Below are positions 1 through 11,864 of a stretch of 64,000 nucleotides of DNA, in pieces. A program made the translations under genes and the position numbers. The notes below the pieces were generated by a model that saw only the letters and a program-made list of their open reading frames with translations, did no database searches and was not told the origin of the DNA. The DNA is from Heptranchias perlo (taxonomy: Eukaryota). Position 1 is the first letter of the stretch. The number at the start of each line of letters is the position of its first letter. The DNA lies in NCBI RefSeq assembly GCF_035084215.1, contig NC_090363.1, forward strand, positions 5,208,001 through 5,272,000, read 5' to 3'.

Positions 1-112
1 AGATTTTAAATGGCGCCGCCGCCGCCGCCCCCTTCGGAGAATCGGTCACCGCGGCGTGGAGCGCGGACGAGCCGGAGGGAAAAGGTGCTGAACGTCGCGC
101 CGTCACAACCAA

Positions 113-802
113 ATGGGCTGGGGCGATCCGGCCGGAGACCCCTCCCGAGGCAAGAAGGCGAGGAAGAGGAGGAGCCCGCCCCGGGCGCGGCAGGCGGGCG
201 GGCGCGCCTCCGCCACCCTGGCCGGTCAGATCATGGAGGCGGTGGCGTCTTCCAAGGAGCGCCGCGGCCTGTCGCTGGTCGCCGTCAAGAAGGTGCTGTC
301 GGCCGCCGGCTTCGACGTGTCCAAGAACAACTCGCGGGTGAACCAGACGGTGAGGAGCCTGGTGACCAGCGGCTCGCTGCTGCAAACGGCGGGCACCGGG
401 GCCAACGGCTCCTTCAAAGTCAACCGGCGGCGGTACGTGAAGACCAAGAGCCGCCTGGCGGCCGGCAGGAGACGGGCCGCCTCCCGGGGCCGCTACCAGA
501 GGAAGGCGGCGGCCGCCAAGAGGAGCAGGAGGAAAAGGAGTCCCGCCAGGAAGAGCAAGCCGAGGATTCAGAGGAAGAACGGGAGAGCCGGCGGCGGTCC
601 TGGCCAGAGAAGGGTCAGGATCAAGGGTGGCGGTGGTGTCCGGAAGGCGGTGAGGAGGGGAGTCGGGCGGCCCAGGAGAGCGGCCAAGGAGCTGCCGCCA
701 GCGGACGGTCAACTCCGCAAGCAAGAAGCCCAGCAATACCCAAGTGATGAAACGGCCAAGGCGGATAACCGCGAGGGCGGAATCCGAGCGGAAACAATCT
801 GA
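113..802 (+). CDS. Arg-rich histone H1-derived / protamine-like (PL-type) protein, 229 aa
   Basis: Has the H1 winged helix ([66 protein letters not shown]) and an Arg-rich tail. Intronless, TTTAAAT near 5-11, histone stem-loop at 831-846. Confidence 0.9.
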   Translation: MGWGDPAGDPSRGKKARKRRSPPRARQAGGRASATLAGQIMEAVASSKERRGLSLVAVKKVLSAAGFDVSKNNSRVNQTVRSLVTSGSLLQTAGTGANGSFKVNRRRYVKTKSRLAAGRRRAASRGRYQRKAAAAKRSRRKRSPARKSKPRIQRKNGRAGGGPGQRRVRIKGGGGVRKAVRRGVGRPRRAAKELPPADGQLRKQEAQQYPSDETAKADNREGGIRAETI

Positions 803-830
803 GCAAAAATATTGTGGGAACAAAAAAAAA

Positions 831-846
831 GGCTCTTTTCAGAGCC
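831..846 (+). terminator. Histone 3' stem-loop
   Basis: GGCTCTTTTCAGAGCC, preceded by an A-run, followed by ACCA and a purine-rich downstream element (GAAAAAGA). Confidence 0.95.
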
Positions 847-1176
847 ACCAAAGTCCTTCAGAAAAAGATTGTTCCAAAAAGATACAATAGATATCCATTT
901 TAAAATAAAGCTGCGGACGTGGTTTCTATTCAACGTTCTCGACGTTTTGAAGAAAAACCTGAGAATCTTGACTTGTCCTCCAGCAACTTACGAACACAAA
1001 ACACTCGAGAGCCTTTCGAACAGAAGTGGCTGCGGTCATCGTGAAACATCTTACAGACTGAAATGAGTTAGGCAAAAATATTATCAATAGAAATTATTAG
1101 TGAATAATGAAACGGTTAAGAGTTGGAATTTTGCTCCCACCTCAGATACATTGCAATGAGAAGTCACTAATCTTCC

Positions 1177-1360
1177 AGCACAGGAGGAGGCCATTCGGCC
1201 CATCGTGCTTGTGCCGGCTCTTTGAAAGAGCTATCCAATTAGTCCCACTCCCCCTGCTCTTTCCCCCATAGCCCTGCAAATTTGTCCTTTTCAGGTATAT
1301 ATCCAATTCCCCTTTTGAAAGTTATTATTGAATCTGCTTCCACCACCCTCAGGGAGTGCA
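1177..1360 (-). mobile_element. CR1 LINE 3' end fragment
   Basis: GGAGGCCATTCGGCCCATC 3' motif, recurring in the other CR1 copies. Confidence 0.75.
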
Positions 1361-1742
1361 GTATGTTTAAGGAAAGCAAGAAGTTCTGAGAACAAATTCA
1401 GCGCCCGTAGGATGGGGAGTCACGCGGTCCTCACCATTTTTCAGCATCACTCGTTAAGTCAAGTATTGTAAGCTAATCTTTTTTGGCCATCCTGTTATCA
1501 CTTCCCTTTGATCTCATTTCATAAGGCGATTTAGTTGCAATTTTATTCATTGTTTTTTTCTCCCTCAAAATTTGAATAACGCTGGAATTAACGCAACTGT
1601 TTGAAGTCTGGCAGCTTGTTTCCTTCTCTCTCTGGCGCGTCCCCTCTAAGCTCACCTCAGCTAGGTCTGCACAAAATGTATAACAACAAGATGTGAAAAT
1701 TAGCATTTTTCATTGACTGAGGTTTGATTTTGGGTGCTGATA

Positions 1743-2764
1743 ATGAGTGGTAGAGGGAAAGGTGGTAAGGGACTGGGAAAAAAGCAGGACAAATCCAATC
1801 CGGCCAATTACCGCCCCATCAATCCACTCTCAATCATCAGCAAAGTGATGGAAGGTGTCGTCGACAGTGCTATCAAGCGGCACTTACTCACCAATAACCT
1901 GCTCACCGATGCTCAGTTTAGGTTCTGCCAGAACCACTCAGCTCCAGACCTCATTACAGCCTTGGTCCAAACATGGACAAAAGAGATGAATTCCAGAGGT
2001 GAGGTGAGAGTGACTGCCCTTGACATCAAGGCAGCATTTGACCGAGTGTGGCACCAAGGAGCCCCAGTAAAATTGAAATCAATGGGAATCAGGGGGAAAA
2101 CTCTCCAGTGGCTGGAGTCATACCTGGCACAAAGGAAGATGGTAGTGGTTGTTGGAGGCCAATCATCTCAGCCCCAGGACATTGCTGCAGGAGTTACTCA
2201 AGGCAGTGTCCTAGGTCCTACCATCTTCAGCTGCTTCATCAATTAACATCCCTCCATCATAAGGTCAGAAATGGGGATGTTCGCTGATGATTGCACAGTG
2301 TTCAGTTCCATTCGCAACCCCTCAGATAATGAAGCAGTCCAAGCCCGCATGCAGCAAGACCTGGACAACATCCAGGCTTGGGCTGATAAGTGGCAAGTAA
2401 CATTCGTGCCAGACAAGTGCCAGGCAATGACCATCTCCAACAAGAGAGAGTCTAACCACCTCCCCTTGACATTCAACGGCATTACCATCGCCGAATCCCC
2501 ACCATCAACATCCTGGGGGTCACCATTGACCAGAAATTTAACTGGACCAGCCATATAAATACTGTGGCTCGTCGAGGGGGTGTAAAACGCATCTGTGGTT
2601 TGATTTACGAATAGACCAGCGGAGTGTTGAAAGTTTTCTAAGAGAATATTATCAGAGACTCAGTCACCTACACGGAACACGCCAAGTGCAAGACAGTCAC
2701 TGCTCTGGATGTGGTGTATGCGCTGAAACGCCAGGGGCGACCCCTCTATGGGTTCGGTGCCTGA
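1743..2764 (+). pseudogene. H4: Histone H4 pseudogene split by a LINE fragment
   Basis: 1743-1781 encodes [13 protein letters not shown]. 2567-2764 encodes [63 protein letters not shown], with two premature stops. Stem-loop retained at 2792-2807. Confidence 0.95.
1782..2566 (+). mobile_element. Internal RT fragment of LINE family A (CR1/L2-group non-LTR element, clade unresolved)
   Basis: NYRPI, DIKAAFDRVWH, QGSVLGP and FADD motifs. Near-identical to the copies at 13.6, 28 and 33-34 kb. Confidence 0.93.
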
Positions 2765-2791
2765 ACGTCTGCAATGTGATAATAAACCAAA

Positions 2792-2807
2792 GGCTCTTTT
2801 CAGAGCC
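2792..2807 (+). terminator. Histone 3' stem-loop of the H4 pseudogene
   Basis: GGCTCTTTTCAGAGCC followed by ACCA. Confidence 0.93.
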
Positions 2808-3059
2808 ACCAACTTCATCAATGTGAAGGGCTTTTAATAAGAAAGCCTATTAATCTGGTCAGTGAAAAGAAATTAAATATTGGATGTCAGCCATCCTCTT
2901 AATCGACCAGTTGTAAATCAAGGAATTGTAAAGAGACTTTGGCTTGAAGGGCAAACTAAAGATAGTCACTGGTGTAAATTTTTCAAACATGCAGGCTGGA
3001 CAACTTGTTGGTTGTGGATAAAAAGGACATGTACATATTCATTGGGTCCAGGAAGGCAG

Positions 3060-3870
3060 CAAGACTTGGACACATCCAGGCTTGGGCTGATAAGTCGCAA
3101 CTAACAATTGTGCCGGACAAGTGCCAAGCAATGTCCATTTCCAACAAGAGAGAGTCTAACCATCTCCCATTGACATTTAATTGCATTACCATCACCGAAT
3201 CCCCCACCATCAACACCTTGGGGTTGCCATTGATCAGAAACTCAACTGGGCCAGCCACATAAATTCCATGGCTAATAGTGATGCATATTCTGTGGCAAGT
3301 GGCTCATCACCTGACTCCTCAAAGCCTCTCCACCACCTACCTATAAGGCACAAGTCAGGATTGTGATGGAATACTGTCCAATTGCCTGGATGGCTGCAGC
3401 TGTAACAACGTTCAAGAAGCTCAACACCATCTAGGACAAAGCAGTCCGCTTGATCGGCACTCCATCTACCAGCTTAAACATCCACTCCCTCCACCACTGG
3501 TCCACCATGGCTGCAGTGTGTCCTATCTACAGGATGCATTGCAGCAACCTATCAAGGCTTCTTCGGCAGCACCTCCCAAACCCTCAACCCCGACCATCCA
3601 GAAGGACAAGGGCAGCAGGTGCACGGGAACACTATCACCACCAAATTTCCTTCCAAGTCACACACCATCCCGACTTGGACATACATGAGCTGTTCCTTCA
3701 TCATAGCTGGATCAAAATCCTGGAACTCCCTACCTAACAGCACTGCGGGAGAACCTTCAATGGTCTGCAATGGTTCAAGAAGAAGGCTCACCACCTCCTT
3801 CTCAAGGAGCAGCTAGGGATGGGCAATAAATGCTGGCCTTACCAGTGACGCATATATCTCGAGAATGAAT
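3060..3870 (+). mobile_element. Degenerate 3' part of LINE family A
   Basis: IQAWADK...SWNSLP, plus the family 3' end GGGATGGGCAATAAATGCTGGCC. Confidence 0.85.
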
Positions 3871-4054
3871 ATACAGAAAGGCCAAGGGAAGTGTCTCAGG
3901 TTCAACATTTGTTTAATATGCTGTAAGGGTTTTTAGTAAATGACTATTATTGCAGTGGCCTTTCTGAGGCAGAAGAGATTAGGCCTAGATTTTCCTCAAA
4001 GACAATCTCTTTTGTAGCTTCTTGGATCAGCCTAGTTTGAATATTCAGGAGAGC

Positions 4055-4510
4055 TGCAAGTATTGCCTGTATCCTAACTCACACCAAGTCCCGTTCAGCC
4101 ATCACCACTGTGCTCGCTGACCTACATTAGCAAACGGTCCGGGAACACCTCGACTTTAAAATTCTCGTCCTTGTTTTCCCTATCTTTACCTCCTCCAGCC
4201 TTATGACCCATCGGGGTCCCTGCACTCCTCCAATTCTTGCCACTTGTGTATCCTGAATTTTAATCGCTCCACCATTGGCAGTCATGCCTTCACCTGCCTA
4301 GGTCCCAAGCTCTGCAATTCCCTCACTAAATCTCTCTCCTCCTTTAAGATGCTCCTTCAAACCTAAGTCTTTGACCAAGTTTTTGGTCACCTGTCCTAAT
4401 ATCTCTTTATGTGGCTCGCTGTCAAATTTTGTTTGATAATGTTCCTTTGAAGCTCCTTGGGATGTTTTACTATCTTTAAGGCATTATATAAATGCAAGTT
4501 GTTGTTGAAG
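4055..4510 (+). mobile_element. L2-type LINE 3' fragment
   Basis: Homologous to 44370-44825 (LADLHWL..FKILILVFK). Tail TATATAAATGCAAGTTGTTG. Confidence 0.75.
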
Positions 4511-5345
4511 TGTGAGCTGTGCCATTTATGGTGCTTGTCCATTGGGGGAGCATGCTACTGGAGTATTTATAGGCCATTAGCAGCTTAAATGGACAGTCAT
4601 GTATAGTAACAGCTCATGAGCAAAGGGTGACTGGCTTGGATTTTCTGTCTCATACGAATATAGGAAAATGACAGGCAGGAATAGACCATCTGGTCCATCA
4701 AGCCTGTCCCACTCGTGCCTGAAGCATCGTGATAGACATCCTTACCCACCAGCAGCAATATGATCTCCTGGGAGAGGCACAAGAACAAATTTTGAAAAAA
4801 ACCTAAGGAAAATTAGGGAAAAATATCTGGAAAATTCCTCTCCGACCCCTTTAGGCGATGGAAACTTGTCTCCTTCATGATCCTGACAAGTGATCACGTG
4901 GCTCAGCTGGCACAACTAATTCATAAGCCAGTAGGAACAGGAATAGTCCATTCAGCCCCTCGAGCCTGTTCCGCTGATCAATTCGATCGTGGCTGATCTG
5001 TATCTTAATTTTATCTACCCATCTTGGTTCCATAATCCTTAATACCCCTGCCTAACAAAAACAGTAGAGGTGAATTGCACGTATGCGGCGTGAAGCGGGG
5101 AATTTGTTGCGCTGCTCCATAAATGAACAATTATGTCAGTAACAACAATTGGCAACCAGGCTAACTCATGCCTTAAGCGCAGTAGCGCACGTCGGCCCTC
5201 AGCCTTTTCAGCAATTTCAGAGCAGGCCGAAACTGGGCAACACACAGACCCACACAGATGACATTACAGGCCACCACTGCACATTTGCCAAAAGGGTGGC
5301 CATTATCACCAACAGCAATTTCTAAGCTTTACTAAGGGATTTAAA

Positions 5346-6420
5346 ATCATAGAATCATAGAAAGTTACGGCACAGAAGGAGGCCATTCGGCCCATCGTGT
5401 CCGTGCCGGCCGAAAAAGTGCTCTCCAGCTTAATCCCACTTTCCAGCTCTTGGTCCGTAGCCCTGTAGGTTACGGTACTTCAAGTGCACATCCAGGTACA
5501 TTTTAAATGAGTTGAGGGTTTCTGCCTCTACCACCCTTTTAGGCGGTGAATTTTTTTCACCCAGAGGGTGGTGGGGGCCTGGAAAAAATTTTCCTCAGCT
5601 CCCCTCTAATCCTTTTACTAAATACTTTAAATCTATGCCCCTGGTCACTGACCTCTCTGCTAAGGGGAATAGGTCCTCCCTGTCCATTCTATCAAGTCCC
5701 ATCATAATTTTATATACCTCAAATAAATCTCCCCTCAGCCTCCTATGTTCCAAAGAAAACAACACCAGCCTATCCAATCTTTTCTCATGGCTAAATTCTC
5801 CAGCCCTGGCAATATCCTCGTAAATCTCCTCTGTACCCTCTCCAGTGCAATTACATCTTTCCTGTAATGTGGTGATCAGAACTGTATGCAGTACTCAAGC
5901 TGTGGCCTAACCAATGTTTTACACAGTTCTAGCATAACCTCCCTGCTCTTATATTCTATGCCTCGGCTAATAAAGGAAAGTATCCCGTATGCCTTTTTAA
6001 CCACCTTGTCTACCTGTCCTGCTACCTTCAGAGATCTGTGGACATGCACTCCAAGGTCCCTTTGTTCCTCTACACCTCTCAGTATCCTCCCATTTATTGT
6101 GTATTCCCTTGCCTTGTTTGCTCTCCCCAAATGCATTACCTCACACTTCTCTGGATTGAATTCTATTTGCCACTTTTCCGCCCACCTGACCAGTCCATTG
6201 ATACCTTTCTGCAGTCTACAGCTTTCCTCCTCACTATCAACCGCACGGCCAATTTTTGTATCATCTGCAAACTTCTTGATCAAACCACCTATGTGCAAGT
6301 CCAAATCATTAATATATACCACAAGAAGCAAGGGACCTAGTACTGAGCCTTGCAGGACCCTACTGGAAACGGCCTTCCGTTCGCAAAAACACCCGTCAAC
6401 CATTGCCCTTTGCTTCCTGA
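5346..6420 (-). mobile_element. CR1 LINE, 5'-truncated
   Basis: QGSVLGP, KFADD, FNPEKCEVMH and RRLRGDL motifs. (ATAGAATC)n tail at 5346. Confidence 0.92.
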
Positions 6421-6716
6421 TTTTTGTGGCTGCCATGAATTTATTTTGCACAAGCGATTTGCTCGTCCTTGAATTTACGTCTTGTGGACTCGTCACACGA
6501 GCGATGGCGATTTGAAAAATGTATATAAAAATAAAATATAATTTTGCTTCGGAGCTTCGGGATTTTGCGCCGGCAAATTAAGGTTTCCCGCCTATTGCGT
6601 GGCAGCGGCTCCTGACAAACTTTAAAAAAAAAGTGATACCTGACTGTGATTTGTGCGGATTGAACACGAGGTTTCTCAAGGATCAGTCAATTGGAATGGA
6701 TGATTTTGAATCCTTC

Positions 6717-6741
6717 ATTTGCATACAACTGTGTATATAAA
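6717..6741 (+). promoter_or_regulatory. H2B promoter: octamer and TATA
   Basis: ATTTGCAT at 6717-6724 and TATATAAA at 6734-6741, the established vertebrate H2B arrangement. Confidence 0.85.
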
Positions 6742-6825
6742 GGAGGAGCTAGGGGGTGCCTCCTGTAAGTTCCTTCATGTTTTGATAAGGCAATTAACAT
6801 TAAGAAGGAATTGGAAGATTTTGCA

Positions 6826-7239
6826 ATGCCGACGGCTGTTTCGGCTGTTTCCACCAGTAGCACCACAGCCGGTGCCAAGAGCGCCGTTTCGAAGAAGGGC
6901 TCGAAGAAAACCGCTATGAAAATGACCAGGAAAGGCGACAAGAAACACAGGAGGAGCAGGAGGGAGAGTTACAGCATCTACATCTACAAAGTGCTGAAGC
7001 AGGTCCACCCGGACACGGGCATCTCCTCCAAGGCCATGAGTGTCATCAACTCCTTCGTCAGCGACATCTTCGAGCGCATCGCCTCCGAGGCTTCCCGCCT
7101 GGTCCATTACAGCAGGCGGCACACCATCTCCTCCAGGGAGATCCAGAGCGCCGTCCGCCTCCTGCTGCCGGGGGAACTGGCCAAACACGCCGTGTCGGAA
7201 GGGACGAAGGCCGTCACCAAGTACACCAGCTCCAAGTAG
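6826..7239 (+). CDS. H2B: Divergent histone H2B variant, 137 aa
   Basis: [25 protein letters not shown]...[25 protein letters not shown] at 6826, stem-loop GGCTCTTTTTAGAGCC at 7287-7302. Confidence 0.95.
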   Translation: MPTAVSAVSTSSTTAGAKSAVSKKGSKKTAMKMTRKGDKKHRRSRRESYSIYIYKVLKQVHPDTGISSKAMSVINSFVSDIFERIASEASRLVHYSRRHTISSREIQSAVRLLLPGELAKHAVSEGTKAVTKYTSSK

Positions 7240-7286
7240 AGCCCCAAGACCTGCGATTTCTCTTTGATCTCAAAACACCGCCCAAC

Positions 7287-7302
7287 GGCTCTTTTTAGAG
7301 CC
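7287..7302 (+). terminator. Histone 3' stem-loop
   Basis: GGCTCTTTTTAGAGCC followed by ACTC. Confidence 0.93.
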
Positions 7303-8745
7303 ACTCACAAAGTCTTTAGACGGGGCTTTAAATCGTTTCTAATCTTATCAAAATAAACTTTTTTTTATTAGTATATGGGATGTGGGCGGCATTAATTGCC
7401 CTTGAGAAGGTGGTGATGAGCCGCCTTCTTGAACCGCTGCAGTCCGTGTGGTGAAGGTTCTCCCACAGTGCTGTTAGGAAGAGATTGACCCAGCGAGACC
7501 TTTCAACAAATATTAAACTAGCTCATGTTTTACAATGTTGTGTTTTACTGCTTCGGCTTAGTTACGCAACTACCTAAAACTAGTTGGGGCGACTCTTGTT
7601 GGGACATTGGTGTAGATTTTCCATTCAGTCGCCTCCTGCAAGCCATTTTCACTAATGCAGTGACTATCCTGTCGAAGGAGCGTTTGCCCTGGAGTCCGCC
7701 ACAGGGTGGATTATGGTTTCAATCTACTATTTAACCACAAGATTTCTCCCATCACCGTGTGCAGTCGTTGATTTCAGCAGTGAATTTCCAAATCAATATT
7801 TCAATTCACATCTGATCTATCTCTTTTAATTCACATTTCTTACTTTGATAAGATTCCCTGAAGAGAATGGGAAATTCACTGAAAAGAGGCGGGGGGAGAG
7901 GGCATCCACGCTCAATAAACAGCTTCGCTCACTGAAACATCTGAGAACAATGAGCGATTTCAGTTGAAACCAAGGATCTTCTCTACCAATTGAAGAATTT
8001 ACTCTTATATAGAAGCCCAGGTGAAGAGCGAAGATCCATGGTGCCGGATCTCCCAAGATTGTGTAAAAAAGGGGAAAGAATATTGGATAGATCAAGAAAT
8101 AATGGTTAAGTGACACCAAGTTTAGGTCTTCAAGGCCTGTATTTTGTACGAGGAAGGAAAGAAATTATTGAGATCGTGACTTGGAGTAGGAGATAAGCAT
8201 CGATAACAATAACTTGCATTTTTCAGAGCGCCTTTAAAGTAGCAAAACGTCCTAAGGCGCTTCACAGAAGCGATTATCAAACAAAATTTGACACCGAGTC
8301 ACATAAGACAGCCAACTTTCCCAAATTAAGAAATCTCCACAACTTGCATTTATAAATAGCGTCGAAGGTAGAAAAACTTCGCTTCACAGAGGAAGCGATA
8401 ACGGGACGCCCGAGTCTACACGGAAAATTAAGGGGTAACCAAAAGTTTAATGAAAAGATTGGTTTTCAGAAGAATTTTAAAGGCGGAGAGAGAATGTATC
8501 TGAAAAATATCATCGCTCCAATGTGACACACACTCTGGAATTAAGCGCACTAACTTTTTAGTGTGTTTCTTTTTCAGTCATTTGAGGAGATGAGATGACC
8601 CCGGATCCTTTGAGCTGGAGGAGACCTTTGGGCTGCTTTGGCTCTGTAACGTCCGGCCCACTCGGTTAAATAGCGCCGGCTGGTGGAAACTTTTCATTTC
8701 CCACAGAATCTGTGAGAGACACAGGAGGTAAATTTCAACCCAGCC

Positions 8746-9405
8746 ATGACCGACACTCTGTCTGCCAAAAGCCCCAGGAAGAGGACCAAGGCTTCCCACT
8801 CCGCCAGAAGAACCGGCACCACCGTGTCCGAGCAGATCATGGAGGCGGTGGCGACCACCAAGGAGCGCCGCGGGCTCTCGCTGTCGGCTCTCAAGAAGAT
8901 CCTCTCGGGCGGCGGCTACGACGTGGCCCGAAACAACTGGCGGGTCAACCAGGCGGTCAGGAGCCTGGTGAGTAAAGGCTCACTGATGCAGACCGCGGGC
9001 ACGGGCGCCTCGGGTTCCTTCAAAGTCAGCAAGACCCAGAAGGACAAGGCGATCAGGACGGAGGAGAAGCCGAAGACGGAGTCCACCGGCACCAGGAGAA
9101 GGAGGAAAGGTTTGGCCAAGAGACCCGCCGCCGCCAAGAAGCCCAAAAAGCCCAAGAAGAGAGGGGCTCCCAAGAAGACCAAGAAACACGGCGCTTCCAG
9201 GAAGGTGGCGAGGGGGACTCGCAAGGAGAAAATCACCAAGGGGAGGAAGCCGGTGAGGAGTGGCCGAAAAGGGAAACACACAAAGCCGAGAAAGTTGGCC
9301 AAACACCCGGAGAAGGCGCAGGAGGCGGACAAGCCTCCCGCTCATGAAGAGACCTCCGTCTCTGAGAAAAAAAGTAAAGTTTGCTCGGAACACGACAGTG
9401 CCTAA
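8746..9405 (+). CDS. Histone H1-derived basic protein, 219 aa
   Basis: Winged helix [68 protein letters not shown], then a K/R tail. TTAAATA near 8666, stem-loop at 9446-9461. Confidence 0.92.
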   Translation: MTDTLSAKSPRKRTKASHSARRTGTTVSEQIMEAVATTKERRGLSLSALKKILSGGGYDVARNNWRVNQAVRSLVSKGSLMQTAGTGASGSFKVSKTQKDKAIRTEEKPKTESTGTRRRRKGLAKRPAAAKKPKKPKKRGAPKKTKKHGASRKVARGTRKEKITKGRKPVRSGRKGKHTKPRKLAKHPEKAQEADKPPAHEETSVSEKKSKVCSEHDSA

Positions 9406-9445
9406 GTGGAGGCGAAACAGATGATGAATACCTTATATATAAAAC

Positions 9446-9461
9446 GGCTCTTTTCAGAGCC
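9446..9461 (+). terminator. Histone 3' stem-loop
   Basis: GGCTCTTTTCAGAGCC, with AAAGAG downstream. Confidence 0.95.
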
Positions 9462-11864
9462 ACAAAACATTCACAAAGAGCCGGACCAGTCCTTCTAAAG
9501 AGGGTTGGATGTTTAAAAAATTGCAATTGTCTCGATAGCATATTACCAAATGTTATCTTTATTAATAATAGGATCGAGTTTTCCACCCATTACAATACTG
9601 GAAATTATTAAAAATGCTGTTGTTTTTTTTCCTGAAGTTTACTTTAGAGAAATCGCAAAGTGCGTGAATTAATATTGATTTATTTCGTGTGTTATAAAGG
9701 TGGTCGAATTATGGACAACAGCAGATTTGTACAGACCGTGGGCGGGAGAATCGGAAAACCACGAGTCCTTGTGATCGCCACTTTCAGCTGTCCTCAGCCA
9801 GGTCCGCAACTGCAGTTTTAGCCTCAGTTTGTTAATTACCTTCTTCATTTCAATAATAACGTCTATTTTAAAATCGTAATTGTATTAAATTCTATCGCTC
9901 TGCTTATCGATGTTACTGCAAATATTTCATGCAATGTGCATATCGTAAAACTATGAACGTATATATGAAGCGATGTTCTGGTAATGCTTTGTTTCCATTC
10001 GGTTTGTAGCATCTGTACGCACATTCCGTTAGTTATTGGTACAGGGAGATAGCTAAGTTGCTTTCACTATTTGAATGTGTGAGACTCAACGTTGAAACAA
10101 AAATAATGAGATATTTTCGCTCCCATCTTGTGCTTCCAATGCATTTTTTAAATAGCCTGACTGAGATTACCTTTATCAAGACCACAAATTTTGGATTTTC
10201 ACGGAAGAAAATGAATGGAATCACCGAATGCAATCTGGCAAAATTCCTACAAAACCCCGTGGTGCCTTGGTAATAAAATGCAGTCACCATAAACCGGCTG
10301 GCTCTACTTAGAAATACATGGAATTTTAGAATGTGGTCACCAAAGTACTGGTAAAAATCATGGCAAATCCCATCATCCCAGGTAATAGAATTTGATCACC
10401 AACAACCATTGTGTGATTATGAAGAAATTGAATTGCAGGATTCAATATGCCAAACACTAGTTTTAAAAATCCTGTAATGAAGCGTAATAAAAATAGTATT
10501 TGATTTATTAGATTTGATTCCGCAATCAGGGGTTCTCAGAAAGGGAGGTAAATAATGAAAGAGCCTTTTGGGGGTTTGGAGAGAGCCATTTTTAAGGAAA
10601 AGAGTAAGAAATACCCTGTTTTGGTGGAAGGCACGACCCGACTGGAGTTGGGGGTATATTTACATTTCTTACATTTTCCCCTCACAGCCATTATCTTCTC
10701 AGTCAGTAGGAGGACAGCAGGGCCAAGGTGTACACTGAGGTATAGGAGTCGAATCAGTGTAGGGACGGAGGGGCAAGGATGTGTTTGGGGACTGCAGTTC
10801 TTAGTAGAAACTTCAGCCCCAACATCAAACAGTAAAAGACGTGCAACAACTCGAGGCTTAAAAAACTGGCACAAATACAGTGAAATGGAGAAGAGGGGGT
10901 GGGCAGGGGACAGTGGCGAGGGGGGGGGGGATCTCAGAGGACAAGAAGGGAAGAAATTGTTTAACCCCTGAGATTTATTTATTTAACTTCTTATTTGTGA
11001 ACACCGCCATGGGACATCACGAGTGCTATTGGCTCTAATATTACACTCGTTCTTACCGTGAAGAATTCTGACGACAATTTGAATTGGTTTGGTGGTCCTC
11101 AGTCAAGTCCATTTGCCTCTATGGTAACGTTATCTTAAGAAGGTAACGGCGGGAGGTTGTTATCCTCCTCCGGTGTTATCTGATGTTGGCGGTATCACTG
11201 GACCTCCATGTCTTCATCATCCTCTAATTAGCGTAAATGAATAGGGATTCCCATAGGAGCACTCATCGTTCCAATTAATAGGTTGGTAACTATGAATGAG
11301 CGAGCAGAAACCCGAGAACAGTGAGGAGCCCCACCTCCTGTCAACAAAATTGAACATAGTACTCGAAAATGAAAGTTGCAGCCTGTCCTTTTAAATGTTT
11401 ATTTTCAAAAGCACAACCCAGCGATCATGGCCGAAATATATCGGTCTAATTAAGAATCACGCTACCCCTGGGGTAAAGGCCAGAAGATTGCGTCGACATC
11501 TAAATTTCATTACCAATGCTTCATTAACACATTGAAACGAAGATGCTGCTTATTTCTAGTTGGAGCTTTGTGCCAGGGGTCGACATTCTAGGAAATGCAC
11601 ATCATGTGCATGGTGGCCTCAGATATATCAGACATGATCTCTGTAAAAACTTGCAATGGGCAGTGCTCTGATTATCGCCATTGATGGGATGTGGCCAACT
11701 CAAAAATGTACCCTCCTGTGTACTCAAAAACTTCAGGTGTTTACAATTTCTCCCCCACCACAACTTGAATTTATATAATGCCTTTAGCGTCCTCGGGATA
11801 TCCCGATCCCCTTCAATGAATGAACAGTCAGACAATCTGGCTGAGAAATGAAATGTTGGTTATA

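Noticed and set aside
10-747. 245-aa ORF overlapping the first H1-like gene
   Set aside because: It is an alternative-frame shadow of a GC-rich CDS. Its ATG overlaps the TATA-like box, and the H1 domain is in the 113 frame.
10528-10971. 138-aa ORF, partial stem-loop (AAAGAGCCTTTTG) and CAGGGGTT/AACCCCTG ends
   Set aside because: There is no recognisable protein, only half a stem-loop, and the 8-bp inverted ends lack a matching target duplication.
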